Shown: positions 36,424 through 46,415, numbered from the stretch's first letter. The stretch is DNA of 64,000 nt from Candidatus Dojkabacteria bacterium (GCA_030583825.1 CP129477.1:510308-574307); one strand, 5' to 3'. Made by a program: numbers and translations. The notes: generated from the sequence alone by a model not told the origin.

Positions 36424-37746
36424 ATGACAAACTTAGAACGAAACGAACAATTTGTTGAGCTATTTGAGATGCTTGAAAACTCGCATCAGCATGTTTTTAT
36501 TACAGGTAAAGCTGGGACGGGAAAATCAACATTTTTACAGCTTTTTAGAGATGATACTCGCAAACAAGCAGTTGTGTTGGCACCAACCGGTGTGGCAGCA
36601 GTCAATATTAAAGGTGAAACAATTCACTCATTTTTTAAGTTTAAACCGGATGTTACAGTAGAAAAAGCGCGTGATATCGCTCGTAAGAGCACTACTTCTG
36701 TATATAAAAATATTGATTTGTTAGTTATTGACGAAATCTCTATGGTTCGTGCGGATTTGCTCGACTGTATTGATGAATTTCTAAAAGTGGCACGAAAAAG
36801 TTTTCTTCCGTTCGGAGGAATTCAAATGGTATTTATTGGAGATTTATTCCAGCTCCCACCGGTAGTGTCGCGGCAAGATAGAGAAACACTTGGAAAGTTA
36901 TACGATACGCCGTTTTTCTTTTCAGCACATGTCATGGCAGATTTTCCTATTAAAACAATTGAGTTACAGAAGGTATATCGCCAGTCGCAGCTCCAATTTG
37001 TGGAGTTACTAAATCGCATTCGCGAGAATAGTGTCACATGGGATGATATTAAGCTATTAAATACCCGCTATTCAAAGGATATTGCAATGTCGCAAGATGA
37101 GTTTTTTGTCTATCTTACTTCTACAAACGACTTGGCGGCGCAGATTAACATAGAAAAAATGAAATCACTTTCTGAACAGGAAGTTGCATTTAAAGGGAGG
37201 CTACAACGCGAGTTTGAAAGATCTTCTTTGCCCGCAGAGGAGGTACTTGTACTCAAGCTTGGAGCTCAAGTCATGATGGTCAATAACGATCCACAAGGAA
37301 GATGGATTAATGGAACAATTGGTAAAATAACTCGTATTGAGCAAGACAAAGAAGGGGAGTTTATAGAAGTCACTTTTCAAGATGGCCGAGTAGAAGAAAT
37401 AACTCCTCATACGTGGGATATGTATCAATTCACATTTAATGAGCAGAAAGGTCGGTTAGAGAGTGAAATTATGGGTTCGTTTACGCAATACCCATTAAAA
37501 CTTGCATGGGCAATAACAATTCATAAGAGTCAGGGAAAAACATTTGATAAAGTTGTCGTTGATTTTGGAAGGGGAGCCTTTGCTCCTGGACAAGTATATG
37601 TCGCATTAAGCCGATGTACCTCATTTGAAGGAATTACACTCCGTAGCCCATTACAGCGAAGAGATATCTGGACAGATAAAATGATTCAGTCATTTTTTGC
37701 CGGGACATATAAAAATTCCTATTCCTCAAATCAGCTTAGTTTCTAA
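36424..37746 (+). CDS. Pif1-family (RecD-like SF1B) ATP-dependent DNA helicase
   Basis: Walker A FITGKAGTGKST, motif Ia APTGVAAVNIKGETIHSFF, motif II LLVIDEISMV, Pif1 signature GDLFQLPPV, and C-terminal YVALSRCTSFEGITL. Confidence 0.8.
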   Translation: MTNLERNEQFVELFEMLENSHQHVFITGKAGTGKSTFLQLFRDDTRKQAVVLAPTGVAAVNIKGETIHSFFKFKPDVTVEKARDIARKSTTSVYKNIDLLVIDEISMVRADLLDCIDEFLKVARKSFLPFGGIQMVFIGDLFQLPPVVSRQDRETLGKLYDTPFFFSAHVMADFPIKTIELQKVYRQSQLQFVELLNRIRENSVTWDDIKLLNTRYSKDIAMSQDEFFVYLTSTNDLAAQINIEKMKSLSEQEVAFKGRLQREFERSSLPAEEVLVLKLGAQVMMVNNDPQGRWINGTIGKITRIEQDKEGEFIEVTFQDGRVEEITPHTWDMYQFTFNEQKGRLESEIMGSFTQYPLKLAWAITIHKSQGKTFDKVVVDFGRGAFAPGQVYVALSRCTSFEGITLRSPLQRRDIWTDKMIQSFFAGTYKNSYSSNQLSF

Positions 37747-37780
37747 AACGTTGCTTGCCCTCACAAAAAGGAATGAAGTT

Positions 37781-37845
37781 GAGACGAGTCCTGCAAGTTT
37801 TGTAGTTACAAAGCAGCGTGAAGTAATATTTGCGGATTCGAGACT
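37781..37845 (-). repeat. intergenic repeat copy 3 (reverse orientation)
   Basis: The reverse complement reads CTCGAATCCGCAAATATTACTTCACGCTGCTTTGTAACTACAAAACTTGCAGGACTCG, about 85% identical over ~60 nt to copy 1 at 7988..8047. Confidence 0.6.
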
Positions 37846-37910
37846 AAACTGAATGACTTTGTGCCGAAATTGTGCTATTATCGAGTAAGTAATTTTATGC
37901 TCTAAATGCC

Positions 37911-38828
37911 ATGATACCGATGATTATTTTTGTCATAGTTATTGCTCTCCTTTTGTCTTCGATAAAGATTATTCCGCAGAACCACGTTTCTATAGTTGAA
38001 CAGCTTGGTCGGTTCAATCGTGTTATTCCTGCCGGTATTAACCTCGTTATTCCAGTTATCGAAAGAATTGCTGTGCGAGTAAACCTTGCAGTAAGAAACT
38101 TTCTTTTTGAATTCGATGCAGTTTCTAACGATAAAGTTGCAATTCGACTAAAGGCAAACCTTATCTATGCAGTTGATGTCACTAATGTCTATGCATATTG
38201 GTATGAGCTTTCTGATCCAAAGCAGACAGTTGCATCTTTCGTAGAAAACTATGTTCGAAGCTTTATTGCAACTCAAACACACGAAGAATTACTCGAAAAA
38301 CGCGAAGAAATTGCAGCATATCTTTTAGAGCACCTTTCGGAAAAATTCCTAAAATGGGGTATTCGTATTGATGGTTTCCAAGTAACAGACATTATGTTCC
38401 CAACAGAAATTACTGATGCTATGAGCAAAGTTGTTGCATCGGTTCGATTGCGAGAAGCAGCTATGAACGAAGCAGAAGCACGCAAAGTTCGTGTTGTAAA
38501 AGAGGCAGAAGCAGAAAAAGATTCACGTATTCTTATGGGTGAGGGTGTAGCGGGTGAAAGACAGGCGATCATTGACGGTTTAAAGCGCTCAATTGACGAT
38601 ATGAAAACAATTCCAGGTCTTAACACTCACGAAGTCATGAACCTTATTGTGTTATCACAGTATTTTGACACTATTAAGTCAATTGGAAACACCGATAATA
38701 CTAAAGTTATGTTCTTAAATCCTGCACCAGAAGGAGCATCAGACATTATTCAGCAGCTTTCAAGTGCACTGGAAATTTCTTCAACTCCAATGCCAGTACA
38801 AAAGCCGAAGGCTGAAAAGGGCGTATAA
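37911..38828 (+). CDS. SPFH/band-7 (stomatin/prohibitin-like) membrane protein
   Basis: N-terminal TM, then a band-7 domain (VSIVEQLGRFNRVIPAGINLVIPVIERIA...) and a C-terminal coiled-coil Ala/Glu-rich region. Confidence 0.8.
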   Translation: MIPMIIFVIVIALLLSSIKIIPQNHVSIVEQLGRFNRVIPAGINLVIPVIERIAVRVNLAVRNFLFEFDAVSNDKVAIRLKANLIYAVDVTNVYAYWYELSDPKQTVASFVENYVRSFIATQTHEELLEKREEIAAYLLEHLSEKFLKWGIRIDGFQVTDIMFPTEITDAMSKVVASVRLREAAMNEAEARKVRVVKEAEAEKDSRILMGEGVAGERQAIIDGLKRSIDDMKTIPGLNTHEVMNLIVLSQYFDTIKSIGNTDNTKVMFLNPAPEGASDIIQQLSSALEISSTPMPVQKPKAEKGV

Positions 38829-38875
38829 ATTGCTCATGTGTAATTAAGGCTAACGTCTAAACACAGCAGAACAAT

Positions 38876-39721
38876 ATGATTTACCTATTTTCTTCGACTC
38901 CGGAAGTGCTTGAGCAGTATTTCTCTAAAAAGAATATTGATTACACACTTGTGCCAAAAGAAAGTTGTAGTGAATTTCTTGCGTCTTTAGATAAGTTGGA
39001 CAGAAAAGATTGGGGAATTTCCTTTAACTACGGAAAAATCTTTCCTGCTGAATTATTGCAAAAGATTAAAATTGTAAATGTTCATTTTTCGCTATTGCCA
39101 AAGTATCGCGGTGCGGTTCCTGTCGAAGCTGCCGTATTAAACGGTGATACAGTAAGTGGTATTACATTGCAGTGGACAAGTGAAGGGCTCGACGAAGGAG
39201 ATATTATCATGATGCGGAACTTTGATTTACCTGTCCATACTCCAGCTGGAGATATTCGATCTCTTTATATTCAGCAACTTCCGCAAATGTTTGAAGACTT
39301 ATTCAAACTCAGTGAAAACCCTAATGATTGGGAATCATACCCACAGCAAGGTGAGTCCAGCTATTGTAATAAAGCAATGCTTTCACGTGAAAATGCCTTT
39401 TTGTCATTTGGATCGTTAACCGCAAATGAGATTTACAGGAGAGTATTTGCGTTTAATCCGAATCCTTATGCCTGGTGTGACGTTGAATTTAATGGACAAA
39501 AAACAACAATGAATATTATGCAAGCAGAGGTTATTGGCCATCCTACACATGTTGCAAAACAACTAAAGCCGGGCGAAATCTCCTGGCTAAAGGGCAGAGG
39601 AATGGTGATCGGAACGCTATTAGGCTATATATTGGTGACAGAGGCAATCGTGGCAGGCAGAAAAGTGCTAAAAAATGGTGACATTGTTGCGATGAAAGGT
39701 AATCTAAACATTATTGTGTAG
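38876..39721 (+). CDS. fmt: methionyl-tRNA formyltransferase-like protein (shortened N-terminal domain)
   Basis: Formyl_trans_N core VNVHFSLLPKYRGAVPVEAAVLNGDTVSGITLQWTSEGLDEGDII and a C-terminal Fmt-type domain. It lacks ~40 aa of the canonical N-terminal region, so it could be a different formyltransferase. Confidence 0.6.
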   Translation: MIYLFSSTPEVLEQYFSKKNIDYTLVPKESCSEFLASLDKLDRKDWGISFNYGKIFPAELLQKIKIVNVHFSLLPKYRGAVPVEAAVLNGDTVSGITLQWTSEGLDEGDIIMMRNFDLPVHTPAGDIRSLYIQQLPQMFEDLFKLSENPNDWESYPQQGESSYCNKAMLSRENAFLSFGSLTANEIYRRVFAFNPNPYAWCDVEFNGQKTTMNIMQAEVIGHPTHVAKQLKPGEISWLKGRGMVIGTLLGYILVTEAIVAGRKVLKNGDIVAMKGNLNIIV

Positions 39722-40322
39722 CATGGTAATTTCGCCCCAATCCTCAGAATGGATATCTTCAACGACCCGAAAAGCAATAGAGTTTTATATGGATTCAGGT
39801 TCAGTGCCACTACCGGAAATACTAGGAGTTCCCGATTTTGTGAAGCAGGAATTAAACGACCCGACGGGCTTTTTTGTAATACTAAAAAAGCGTCATCCAG
39901 TATCTGGAGAAGTGGGAATTCGTGGAATGATGGGTACACTCTCGCAAGGTGATGCGCTGTGGAAATCTGTAGCTAACTATGCCATTACTGCAGCGTTTTT
40001 TGATCCTCGAACTCCTCGTCTAAAGCCATATGAACTTAATGAAGTTACTATTGACTGTCTTATCCCTCACTCTTTTGCGCAGCAATCGAACTCATTTGAA
40101 GAATTTGTTTCACTATTGGAGATGGAACATCCTGGAGTAATGGCGCTCTATAATAATCGAGAAGCATTTATGCTCCCGTATGTGTGGCAGGAATTTAAAG
40201 AGGCTCCGCAATTATTACGCGTTCTTTTACTGCAATTGGGTATCCCCGTTTCTTTATTGCAAGATAATTCGGTGAATTACCAAACATTTTCTGTGACTTC
40301 GATAAGCTCAATTGAGTCTTAA
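39714..40322 (+). CDS. AMMECR1-domain protein
   Basis: AMMECR1 signature region GFFVILKK....IRGMMGTL...AITAAFFDPRTPRLKPYELNEVTIDCLIP. Start overlaps the Fmt-like stop by 8 nt. Confidence 0.7.
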   Translation: MCSMVISPQSSEWISSTTRKAIEFYMDSGSVPLPEILGVPDFVKQELNDPTGFFVILKKRHPVSGEVGIRGMMGTLSQGDALWKSVANYAITAAFFDPRTPRLKPYELNEVTIDCLIPHSFAQQSNSFEEFVSLLEMEHPGVMALYNNREAFMLPYVWQEFKEAPQLLRVLLLQLGIPVSLLQDNSVNYQTFSVTSISSIES

Positions 40323-40336
40323 TCAAGTAAAAACCT

Positions 40337-40966
40337 TTATTGCTTAATTACCTGTATGACTCTGCCATTCACAAAATATTCAATGTTGTCGTCGGGGTGA
40401 AGAATGATCGGTGGATAATTTTTTGTAGACTCTGATTTTAAAACAATGGTGTTACCTTTTTGGCTGAACTTTTTAATATTTCCAAATCCGTTAATAATTG
40501 AAAGCACATAGTCTCCATTGCGTGGAGATCGGTCGCCGGCATCAATAATAACATAATCATTTTCTTCAATATTTTTTCCTTCAGGGCCAATCTTTGAAAG
40601 GTTCATTGAGTCTCCCTTTGCTTCAACTGCAAAAATGTTTGTTTTCTTTGGAAGAAAACGTTCAGAAACGGTTAAATAATCGCGTACTCCTTCTTCAGGT
40701 GAAATAAGTGCCTGTCCGCAGTTTGCAGAGCCTAAAATAGGTATTTCTACGAGTGAGTGGGGCGTACCAAAAAGAGACGTCTCTTTTCGTATGGCCTTCT
40801 TTTTGCCCCCAAGTAATCCATGTTTCTTGAGCTGTTCAAGGTGATGCTTTGTTTTCTGTGGAGAGTCTGACCCAATAAGGCGAGAGAGCATTCGGAGAGA
40901 AATATCGTCAACGTCCTGTGTCTGGGAGATTTTTAAGATTTTTGCTTGTAAGGGATGTATTTCCAT
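40337..40966 (-). CDS. LexA-like repressor (winged HTH plus S24 peptidase domain)
   Basis: N-terminal wHTH. C-terminal S24 fold with the catalytic Ser in AKGDSMN and a downstream Lys (GNIKKF). Neighbours are DNA-repair genes (Mpg, DinB-like) further downstream. Confidence 0.7.
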   Translation of the reverse strand: MEIHPLQAKILKISQTQDVDDISLRMLSRLIGSDSPQKTKHHLEQLKKHGLLGGKKKAIRKETSLFGTPHSLVEIPILGSANCGQALISPEEGVRDYLTVSERFLPKKTNIFAVEAKGDSMNLSKIGPEGKNIEENDYVIIDAGDRSPRNGDYVLSIINGFGNIKKFSQKGNTIVLKSESTKNYPPIILHPDDNIEYFVNGRVIQVIKQ

Positions 40967-41272
40967 GTGTAAAGTATAGCAAAGAGGATGTGAAGTGTAA
41001 AGCCTCTCTTTATATCGGATTTATAGATATTTACGGCACTTATAGATCAAGGAAAAACTTATTTGGACTTTAGATACTTGACACTTAAGATAAGACGCTA
41101 TAGTATTGTAAAGAAGACAGATAACTTTTTATGGAAAGACTATGTCATGAAAGAAGAAAGAAAGGAGCCGAGCCTTCTTTGAGAGGAAGACCCGACTGAT
41201 ACCACTGGAATTATACAATATCCCCTTTCTATTTAACACTCTCAGCGTATTTTAATTTTTTATTCGTTAATT

Positions 41273-41557
41273 ATGACCTATTTTGTGACAGCAACAAGAA
41301 AGGCAGGAAAAAAATCTGTGCAGGAAATTTCTGCATATAGAATTTCTACAACTCGTACAAACGATGGCAAGGTAATGACTAAGTCCCAGTTCTTTAGTGA
41401 ATTTTATGTCGAAAGTGATGCATACTTCGCTTATAACTCATACACCATGCAAACTATCGGATTAGAACGAAAGTTCTCAGTTAATGGAGAGCCATACCTT
41501 CAATCCATTGCAAATGGAACAGAAAGTGACAATCTTTTATCTCTTCCTGAGTGCTAA
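41273..41557 (+). CDS. hypothetical small protein
   Basis: 94-aa ORF. No recognised motif. Confidence 0.35.
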   Translation: MTYFVTATRKAGKKSVQEISAYRISTTRTNDGKVMTKSQFFSEFYVESDAYFAYNSYTMQTIGLERKFSVNGEPYLQSIANGTESDNLLSLPEC

Positions 41558-41691
41558 TTCGTGTTTGTAAACTAAATTACGAAACAAGAACTATGGTAAC
41601 ACTGCTCGGACATGACCTCACAAAGTGGCTTGTCAGTTATAAAAAGCTTGCAAAGTCAAAAGGTTTTGATCTTACAAATAATTCTGTTGGT

Positions 41692-41721
41692 TACTAAGGG
41701 GTGGAAAAACACCCCTTAGTA
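41692..41721 (+). terminator. perfect 12-bp-stem hairpin (TACTAAGGGGTG-GAAAAA-CACCCCTTAGTA) flanked by 9-bp direct repeats TCTGTTGGT
   Basis: Seen directly in the sequence. The direct repeats are at 41683..41691 and 41722..41730. The hairpin is followed by a TATAAT-like box (41730..41736) for the next gene. Confidence 0.4.
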
Positions 41722-41763
41722 TCTGTTGGTATAATAGAGTAATAAGCTAAGTTTAGCTGGCGT

Positions 41764-42222
41764 ATGATGATTAATAAATACCAACAAGTTATGGATTTTC
41801 TCGGCAAAGAGAGGATTGGCGTACTAACAACGATGATTCACGATGAACGACCTCACTCTGCTGTATTACACTTTTCATTTTCTCCTGATCGAAACGTTTT
41901 TTATTTTTCAACAGATAAAACAAGCCGTAAAGCGACTTTTCTTGGATATACGCATACTTCAAATGCAGCACTTGTTGTTGGGTTCAGTGAAACAGAGTGG
42001 CAGACGCTACAGTTGGAAGGTGTTGTGCAAATTGTTGCGGATGAAGAAGAGCTTGCAGAAGCAAAAAAGATTCACTACGCAATGCATCCTAACTCTCAGA
42101 AGTTTGAGAGCGATCCCGATACAATTTTTCTGGTATTTAAGCCTGACTGGTTTAGATACACGGACTTCATGAAAAAGCCGGTGGAAGTTGTTTTGGAAGA
42201 TGAGATATTGCCAGGCAAGTAG
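41764..42222 (+). CDS. pyridoxamine 5'-phosphate oxidase-like FMN-binding protein (PNPOx-like / general stress protein 26 family)
   Basis: Split-barrel pattern: RIGVLTTM..ERPHSAVLHFSF....FYFSTDKTSRKATFL. Confidence 0.6.
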   Translation: MMINKYQQVMDFLGKERIGVLTTMIHDERPHSAVLHFSFSPDRNVFYFSTDKTSRKATFLGYTHTSNAALVVGFSETEWQTLQLEGVVQIVADEEELAEAKKIHYAMHPNSQKFESDPDTIFLVFKPDWFRYTDFMKKPVEVVLEDEILPGK

Positions 42223-42233
42223 CCTTTTTGAAA

Positions 42234-42821
42234 CTACGAAACTCTTTTAGACAAATAACTACTGGTTTTAATACAAAAGCGATATTCAAAGTCAGCAGCT
42301 TTGGAAAGTCCGATTCTCTTGGTTACAACGAGATCTTTAGGAGGTATAGAAACTCCATCATCTAGAAAATATAGTCCTGATTCTTTGTTTGTCACGTCTA
42401 CGCCGTTAAATTCTTTTGTGATGGAGAGTGCTTTACATAGCTTTCCTGGGCCGGTTGTTAAATCTTTAAGATTTTCTTTGCCCCGATGTTGCTTCATCAG
42501 CTCGATTCCTTCTAATGGTTCAAGCGCGCGAATTAAAACACTGCCTGGAACATCTTCAACCTCTGTAACGATATCAAGGCACTGCTGCATATGAATGCTA
42601 TGAACGTATGCGACCCCTGCTTTCCCGAATAGTGGGTAATTTGCTTTTGTTTTTCCACGGAATGAATGAGCAGCTTCGTCAATAAATGCGATATATGCTT
42701 CGACTTCTACGATCCTTCCTGAGATTATTTGTCCACTTATGTTGCGGACAAGAACTTTGCCTAAGATTTCTGGCGCGACTTTTAGAGGAGATCTTTCATA
42801 GAACTTTTGAGTAAGAATCAT
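42234..42821 (-). CDS. DNA-3-methyladenine glycosylase (Mpg/AAG family)
   Basis: Family-typical N-terminus (FYERSPLKVAPEILGKVLV), VEVEAYIA...DEAAHSFRGKT, and LTTGPGKLCKALSI. Confidence 0.85.
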   Translation of the reverse strand: MILTQKFYERSPLKVAPEILGKVLVRNISGQIISGRIVEVEAYIAFIDEAAHSFRGKTKANYPLFGKAGVAYVHSIHMQQCLDIVTEVEDVPGSVLIRALEPLEGIELMKQHRGKENLKDLTTGPGKLCKALSITKEFNGVDVTNKESGLYFLDDGVSIPPKDLVVTKRIGLSKAADFEYRFCIKTSSYLSKRVS

Positions 42822-42829
42822 GGTAAATA

Positions 42830-43255
42830 CTAAACGGTGTATCTATCATTCCAGCTTTGAGGAAAAGGCAGTTTATTTGCGTAGATATATCGAATGAGTT
42901 GCCCGTGGTGTTGAACCTCATGCTCAAGTAATTCTATTGCTGTTTTTAATATATCCAATTCTTTTCCATTGACTGTAATAGTTTTTAATTCGTTCATTGT
43001 TTCGTCAAGAAGTTTTAAAATTTCGTCTTTACTGTACTTATTTTCCAAAGAGCAGGAAAAGCCTTGCCAAGTCCCGCCATGTTTTATAGCTTTGAGATAG
43101 CTTTGTCTTGCACCAATAATGCACCAGAGTTGACTGCCAATAGAGTTTGATGGGACATTCGCAATATCCAATTTTAGATGTGATTCTATAAGTGACTCAA
43201 CAAGATCTTTTGTGAGCTGAAATGCTTTTTCTAATCGTTGATGGATAATAGTCAT
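42830..43255 (-). CDS. DinB/YfiT-like (DinB_2) four-helix-bundle metal-binding protein
   Basis: C-terminal HxxxHHGQ motif (LLEHEVQHHGQLIRY) characteristic of the DinB/YfiT superfamily. Confidence 0.5.
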   Translation of the reverse strand: MTIIHQRLEKAFQLTKDLVESLIESHLKLDIANVPSNSIGSQLWCIIGARQSYLKAIKHGGTWQGFSCSLENKYSKDEILKLLDETMNELKTITVNGKELDILKTAIELLEHEVQHHGQLIRYIYANKLPFPQSWNDRYTV

Positions 43256-43411
43256 ACTTCGAAAATGAAGTTATTTAAAGATTAGCGGACGACGGGATGG
43301 CGCTAAGCTACTCTCCTTACAGTCGAGAGCGAACATGCAAACCAGGTTTCTAAAAGGATGTTTGCAGTTCTCATACACGTCCACTCGCTGAATACTTTAC
43401 AGTATCCACCG

Positions 43412-43485
43412 AGCGGACGACGGGATTCGAACCCGCGACCTTCTGCTTGGGAAGCAGACATTCTAGCCAACTGAACTACGTCCGC
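43412..43485 (-). tRNA. tRNA-Gly (anticodon CCC), 74 nt
   Basis: Minus-strand cloverleaf: acceptor GCGGACG/CGTCCGC, anticodon stem TCTGC/GCAGA with loop TTCCCAA, T-arm GCGGG-TTCGAAT-CCCGT, discriminator U. No CCA. Confidence 0.85.
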
Positions 43486-43540
43486 ATCTGAATGTAAAAG
43501 CCTAACAGAATTATATCACTCTGATGTATAATTACATAAA

Positions 43541-44107
43541 ATGAAAAACGCAATATTAATACATGGGGTTTGCGATAAAGAAGAGTATTTTAATGACGAG
43601 TACCCATCTTTATCTAACAGCCACTGGTTTCCGTGGCTACAAAAACAGTTACTGATACAAGGTATTCACACACAAACTCCCGAAATGCCAGACGCATATT
43701 TCCCAGCTTATGAGAAATGGTCGAAAGAATTTGAACGGTTTGATATTACTAAGGAAACTATTCTTGTCGGTCATAGTTGTGGTTGCGGTTTTTTATTACG
43801 GTGGCTTACTGAAAATAAAGTTATGGTTGGAAATGTTCTTTTAGTAGCACCTTGGTTAGATCCTGAAAAATCAATATCTCCCGATTTCTTTGAGTTCGAT
43901 ATTGATCCTGGAATTGTATTAAGAGCGGCCAAGCTTAAAATACTTGTCTCAAGTGATGACGAAGAAGATGTTTTAGTTTCTGTAAAACAGATTCAAAAAT
44001 CTTTACCAAATATTCCTATCAGACAATTCGAGGGGTTCGGACACTTCACAAAAGAAGAGATGCGAAGAGAAGACTTTCCTGAATTGCTTAATGAACTTAT
44101 TAGTTAG
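43541..44107 (+). CDS. alpha/beta-fold serine hydrolase, YdeN/RBBP9-like
   Basis: Nucleophile elbow GHSCG (LVGHSCGCGF) in a 188-aa protein; overall pattern is family-like. Confidence 0.6.
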   Translation: MKNAILIHGVCDKEEYFNDEYPSLSNSHWFPWLQKQLLIQGIHTQTPEMPDAYFPAYEKWSKEFERFDITKETILVGHSCGCGFLLRWLTENKVMVGNVLLVAPWLDPEKSISPDFFEFDIDPGIVLRAAKLKILVSSDDEEDVLVSVKQIQKSLPNIPIRQFEGFGHFTKEEMRREDFPELLNELIS

Positions 44108-44259
44108 GTTTCACAAAAAGTCAGAAAAGTAATAAGAGAGATTTTTCACCATTTCAAAAAGATACCCAAACCATGGAGTAAATGAGAACTCTTTCAAGAG
44201 ATAAAGTACTATAAAACCTTTCGTTATGGTGAATGATATTTACGCTCTTCCTGCCTACA

Positions 44260-46371
44260 TTATCGGCACCCTGCAATAGGATTTTCAATCTCTACTTTTG
44301 CTTCAAGAATCTCGTCTGCTGCCATTGGAACGTAAGGTTTTGCTCCTTCGTACCAGGCAAGTGCTTCTTTTGGATTACATGTTTGGCGAAGTAATTCCCC
44401 CATGTGCATGTAGGTAAACCAGAAGTCACGTTTTACGGAAAGTGCTTTATCAAAATACTCACGTGATTTGTCATAATCCTGTAAGAAAAGATAACGAAGG
44501 CCAAGTTCGTCGTAGTGTACTGGCGCTGTAGGATCCTTTTCAACCATTGTTTCAAGAATTTCGATTGATTTGTTTACCATATCGAGATCGTAGTTACTAC
44601 GACCTAATCCGTAATATACAGCTGCTGCAACACGAAGATCATCTAAATCTTTTGACTTTGCAAGTTCCGGCAGAAAGGCGCTACTTTCCTGTGTATCTGG
44701 GTAATGATAGGTAAATATCCTTTTAAAAATAAGTGAAGGTACTGGAATTTTATCTGTATCTTGCAAAATTTCGCGTGTTGGAACCCAGTATAATGCGATC
44801 AAATCAAGCTTTACTTCTGCATATGCTGTAATACCTGTCCAAATGCTAATAATGATTGCAATAAACAATGTGAGTAATTTCCCCTGAAGATGCGACGGCT
44901 GGACAGAAAAAGAGAAAATTTCCATGCGTGCTACGATATATCCCAATGTAAACATAATAAGAACCAAAAGTGGGAATGTAGGGTAGTAGAAAATTCCCTG
45001 AAGAAGAAATCCAATCAATAGAAATACTGGGCCAACAAGCTGTTTCTTTTTTGTATCACTCAGGGCCAAGAAACGTTTTACAAATCGTATTCCTACAACA
45101 CCAGCAAGTACTGCCGCTGTGATGGTAAACAGCGCACCGTGCATAAGAATAAATGTAAGGTACATGTTTCGAATATATGTCGGGCGAGTAAATGAATCTG
45201 TTGGAATGTTGTTAAATTCTGCGGGGCGAGTTTCAGGCAATACGAAGTTTAATGCATCCGGGCCAGCGCCAATCAAGAAGATTTTGGGCGATGAAAATAG
45301 AGTGGTAAGTCCCCATTGCCATTCTTTTAAGCGAATCTCCATTGTGGAATATTCGTTTGCATTTTGGAAAAAGCCTGCGGCTGATTCCTGGTTTCCTCCA
45401 ATGGCCTGTGCGATAGTTCTTATTGTTTGCTGGCCTTCGCTAAATACATTCTCGCTACGCTGTGAGAGTGGCTGTCGCAACAAAAATACATTCATAAGAA
45501 TGCTCAATAAAAGAATCCCTACAGTAAGGCTGGTTCGCATAATTGCAATACCGTTTGATCGTTTTACAAGAAGGAATGCCCAGCCAAGTGCGAGACCTGC
45601 TCCAACTGCTGCAGAAATCCATGCGCTGCGGGTAAATGTTAATACAAATACGTGAGTCAAAAGGACAAATATAATAACTTTTGTTCCCAATGCAATGCGT
45701 GTCAAATGAGGAGTAATCACGTTTGTGACTTTTTTGACCTTTGCTGGTAGCTGCCAAATCCAAGCAAATACTAGTTCTGTAAAACTATAGAGCCAGAGCA
45801 TTCCAAGAAGAAATGCTGCAAAGAGTGGGTTTCTGAATCCAAGCGAAATTCGAGGAACAAAATTAGAAATGTAGCCAGTCTGTGGTTTCCAAATATAAAA
45901 TTCTCCAAGTCCATAAATGATTGCTGCAACACAAAGTAATGTCATAAGTACTCCAAACAACGTGACATCGAGTTTTGACTGTTTTAACAACACAAAGGTA
46001 ATTGCAACTCCAATAAAAATAAGCGCATATAAGATATAGGAGAGCAGGTTAAATTCCCACTGCGTAAATTGTCCAACAAGTGATGATATTGGAGCGGTAG
46101 AAAATACAATGGTGATAACAAGAAATACTAAAAGGAGTCCAAAAAGCTTTACATAGAGCATTGCAGATTTAGGGAGTTTTATCACCGGCGTGAAACATCC
46201 AATTATGGCTAATGCGAGTACTCCGGAAATCACCATTGCGAAGTATTTTGTAGTCGTGTAATACGAATAAAACCCCGGAATGTTGGCAAAAGAGCCGAGG
46301 AGTATTCCAACAAAGAAAATAAGAACACCGCAGCCGACTGCAGCAAGTGACAAGAGCTTTTTTAGATTCAT
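44260..46371 (-). CDS. O-antigen ligase/polymerase-like polytopic membrane protein with C-terminal TPR repeats
   Basis: 703 aa with about 12 TM helices and a large extracytoplasmic loop (Wzy_C-like layout). C-terminal ~150 aa TPR-like (YYGLGRSNYDLDMVNKSIEILETMV...ALSVKRDFWFTYMHMGELL). Confidence 0.5.
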   Translation of the reverse strand: MNLKKLLSLAAVGCGVLIFFVGILLGSFANIPGFYSYYTTTKYFAMVISGVLALAIIGCFTPVIKLPKSAMLYVKLFGLLLVFLVITIVFSTAPISSLVGQFTQWEFNLLSYILYALIFIGVAITFVLLKQSKLDVTLFGVLMTLLCVAAIIYGLGEFYIWKPQTGYISNFVPRISLGFRNPLFAAFLLGMLWLYSFTELVFAWIWQLPAKVKKVTNVITPHLTRIALGTKVIIFVLLTHVFVLTFTRSAWISAAVGAGLALGWAFLLVKRSNGIAIMRTSLTVGILLLSILMNVFLLRQPLSQRSENVFSEGQQTIRTIAQAIGGNQESAAGFFQNANEYSTMEIRLKEWQWGLTTLFSSPKIFLIGAGPDALNFVLPETRPAEFNNIPTDSFTRPTYIRNMYLTFILMHGALFTITAAVLAGVVGIRFVKRFLALSDTKKKQLVGPVFLLIGFLLQGIFYYPTFPLLVLIMFTLGYIVARMEIFSFSVQPSHLQGKLLTLFIAIIISIWTGITAYAEVKLDLIALYWVPTREILQDTDKIPVPSLIFKRIFTYHYPDTQESSAFLPELAKSKDLDDLRVAAAVYYGLGRSNYDLDMVNKSIEILETMVEKDPTAPVHYDELGLRYLFLQDYDKSREYFDKALSVKRDFWFTYMHMGELLRQTCNPKEALAWYEGAKPYVPMAADEILEAKVEIENPIAGCR

Positions 46372-46415
46372 ACCTATTGTTTGACTTTCAAATTGATTTT
46401 GCCTATTATAAAGTA

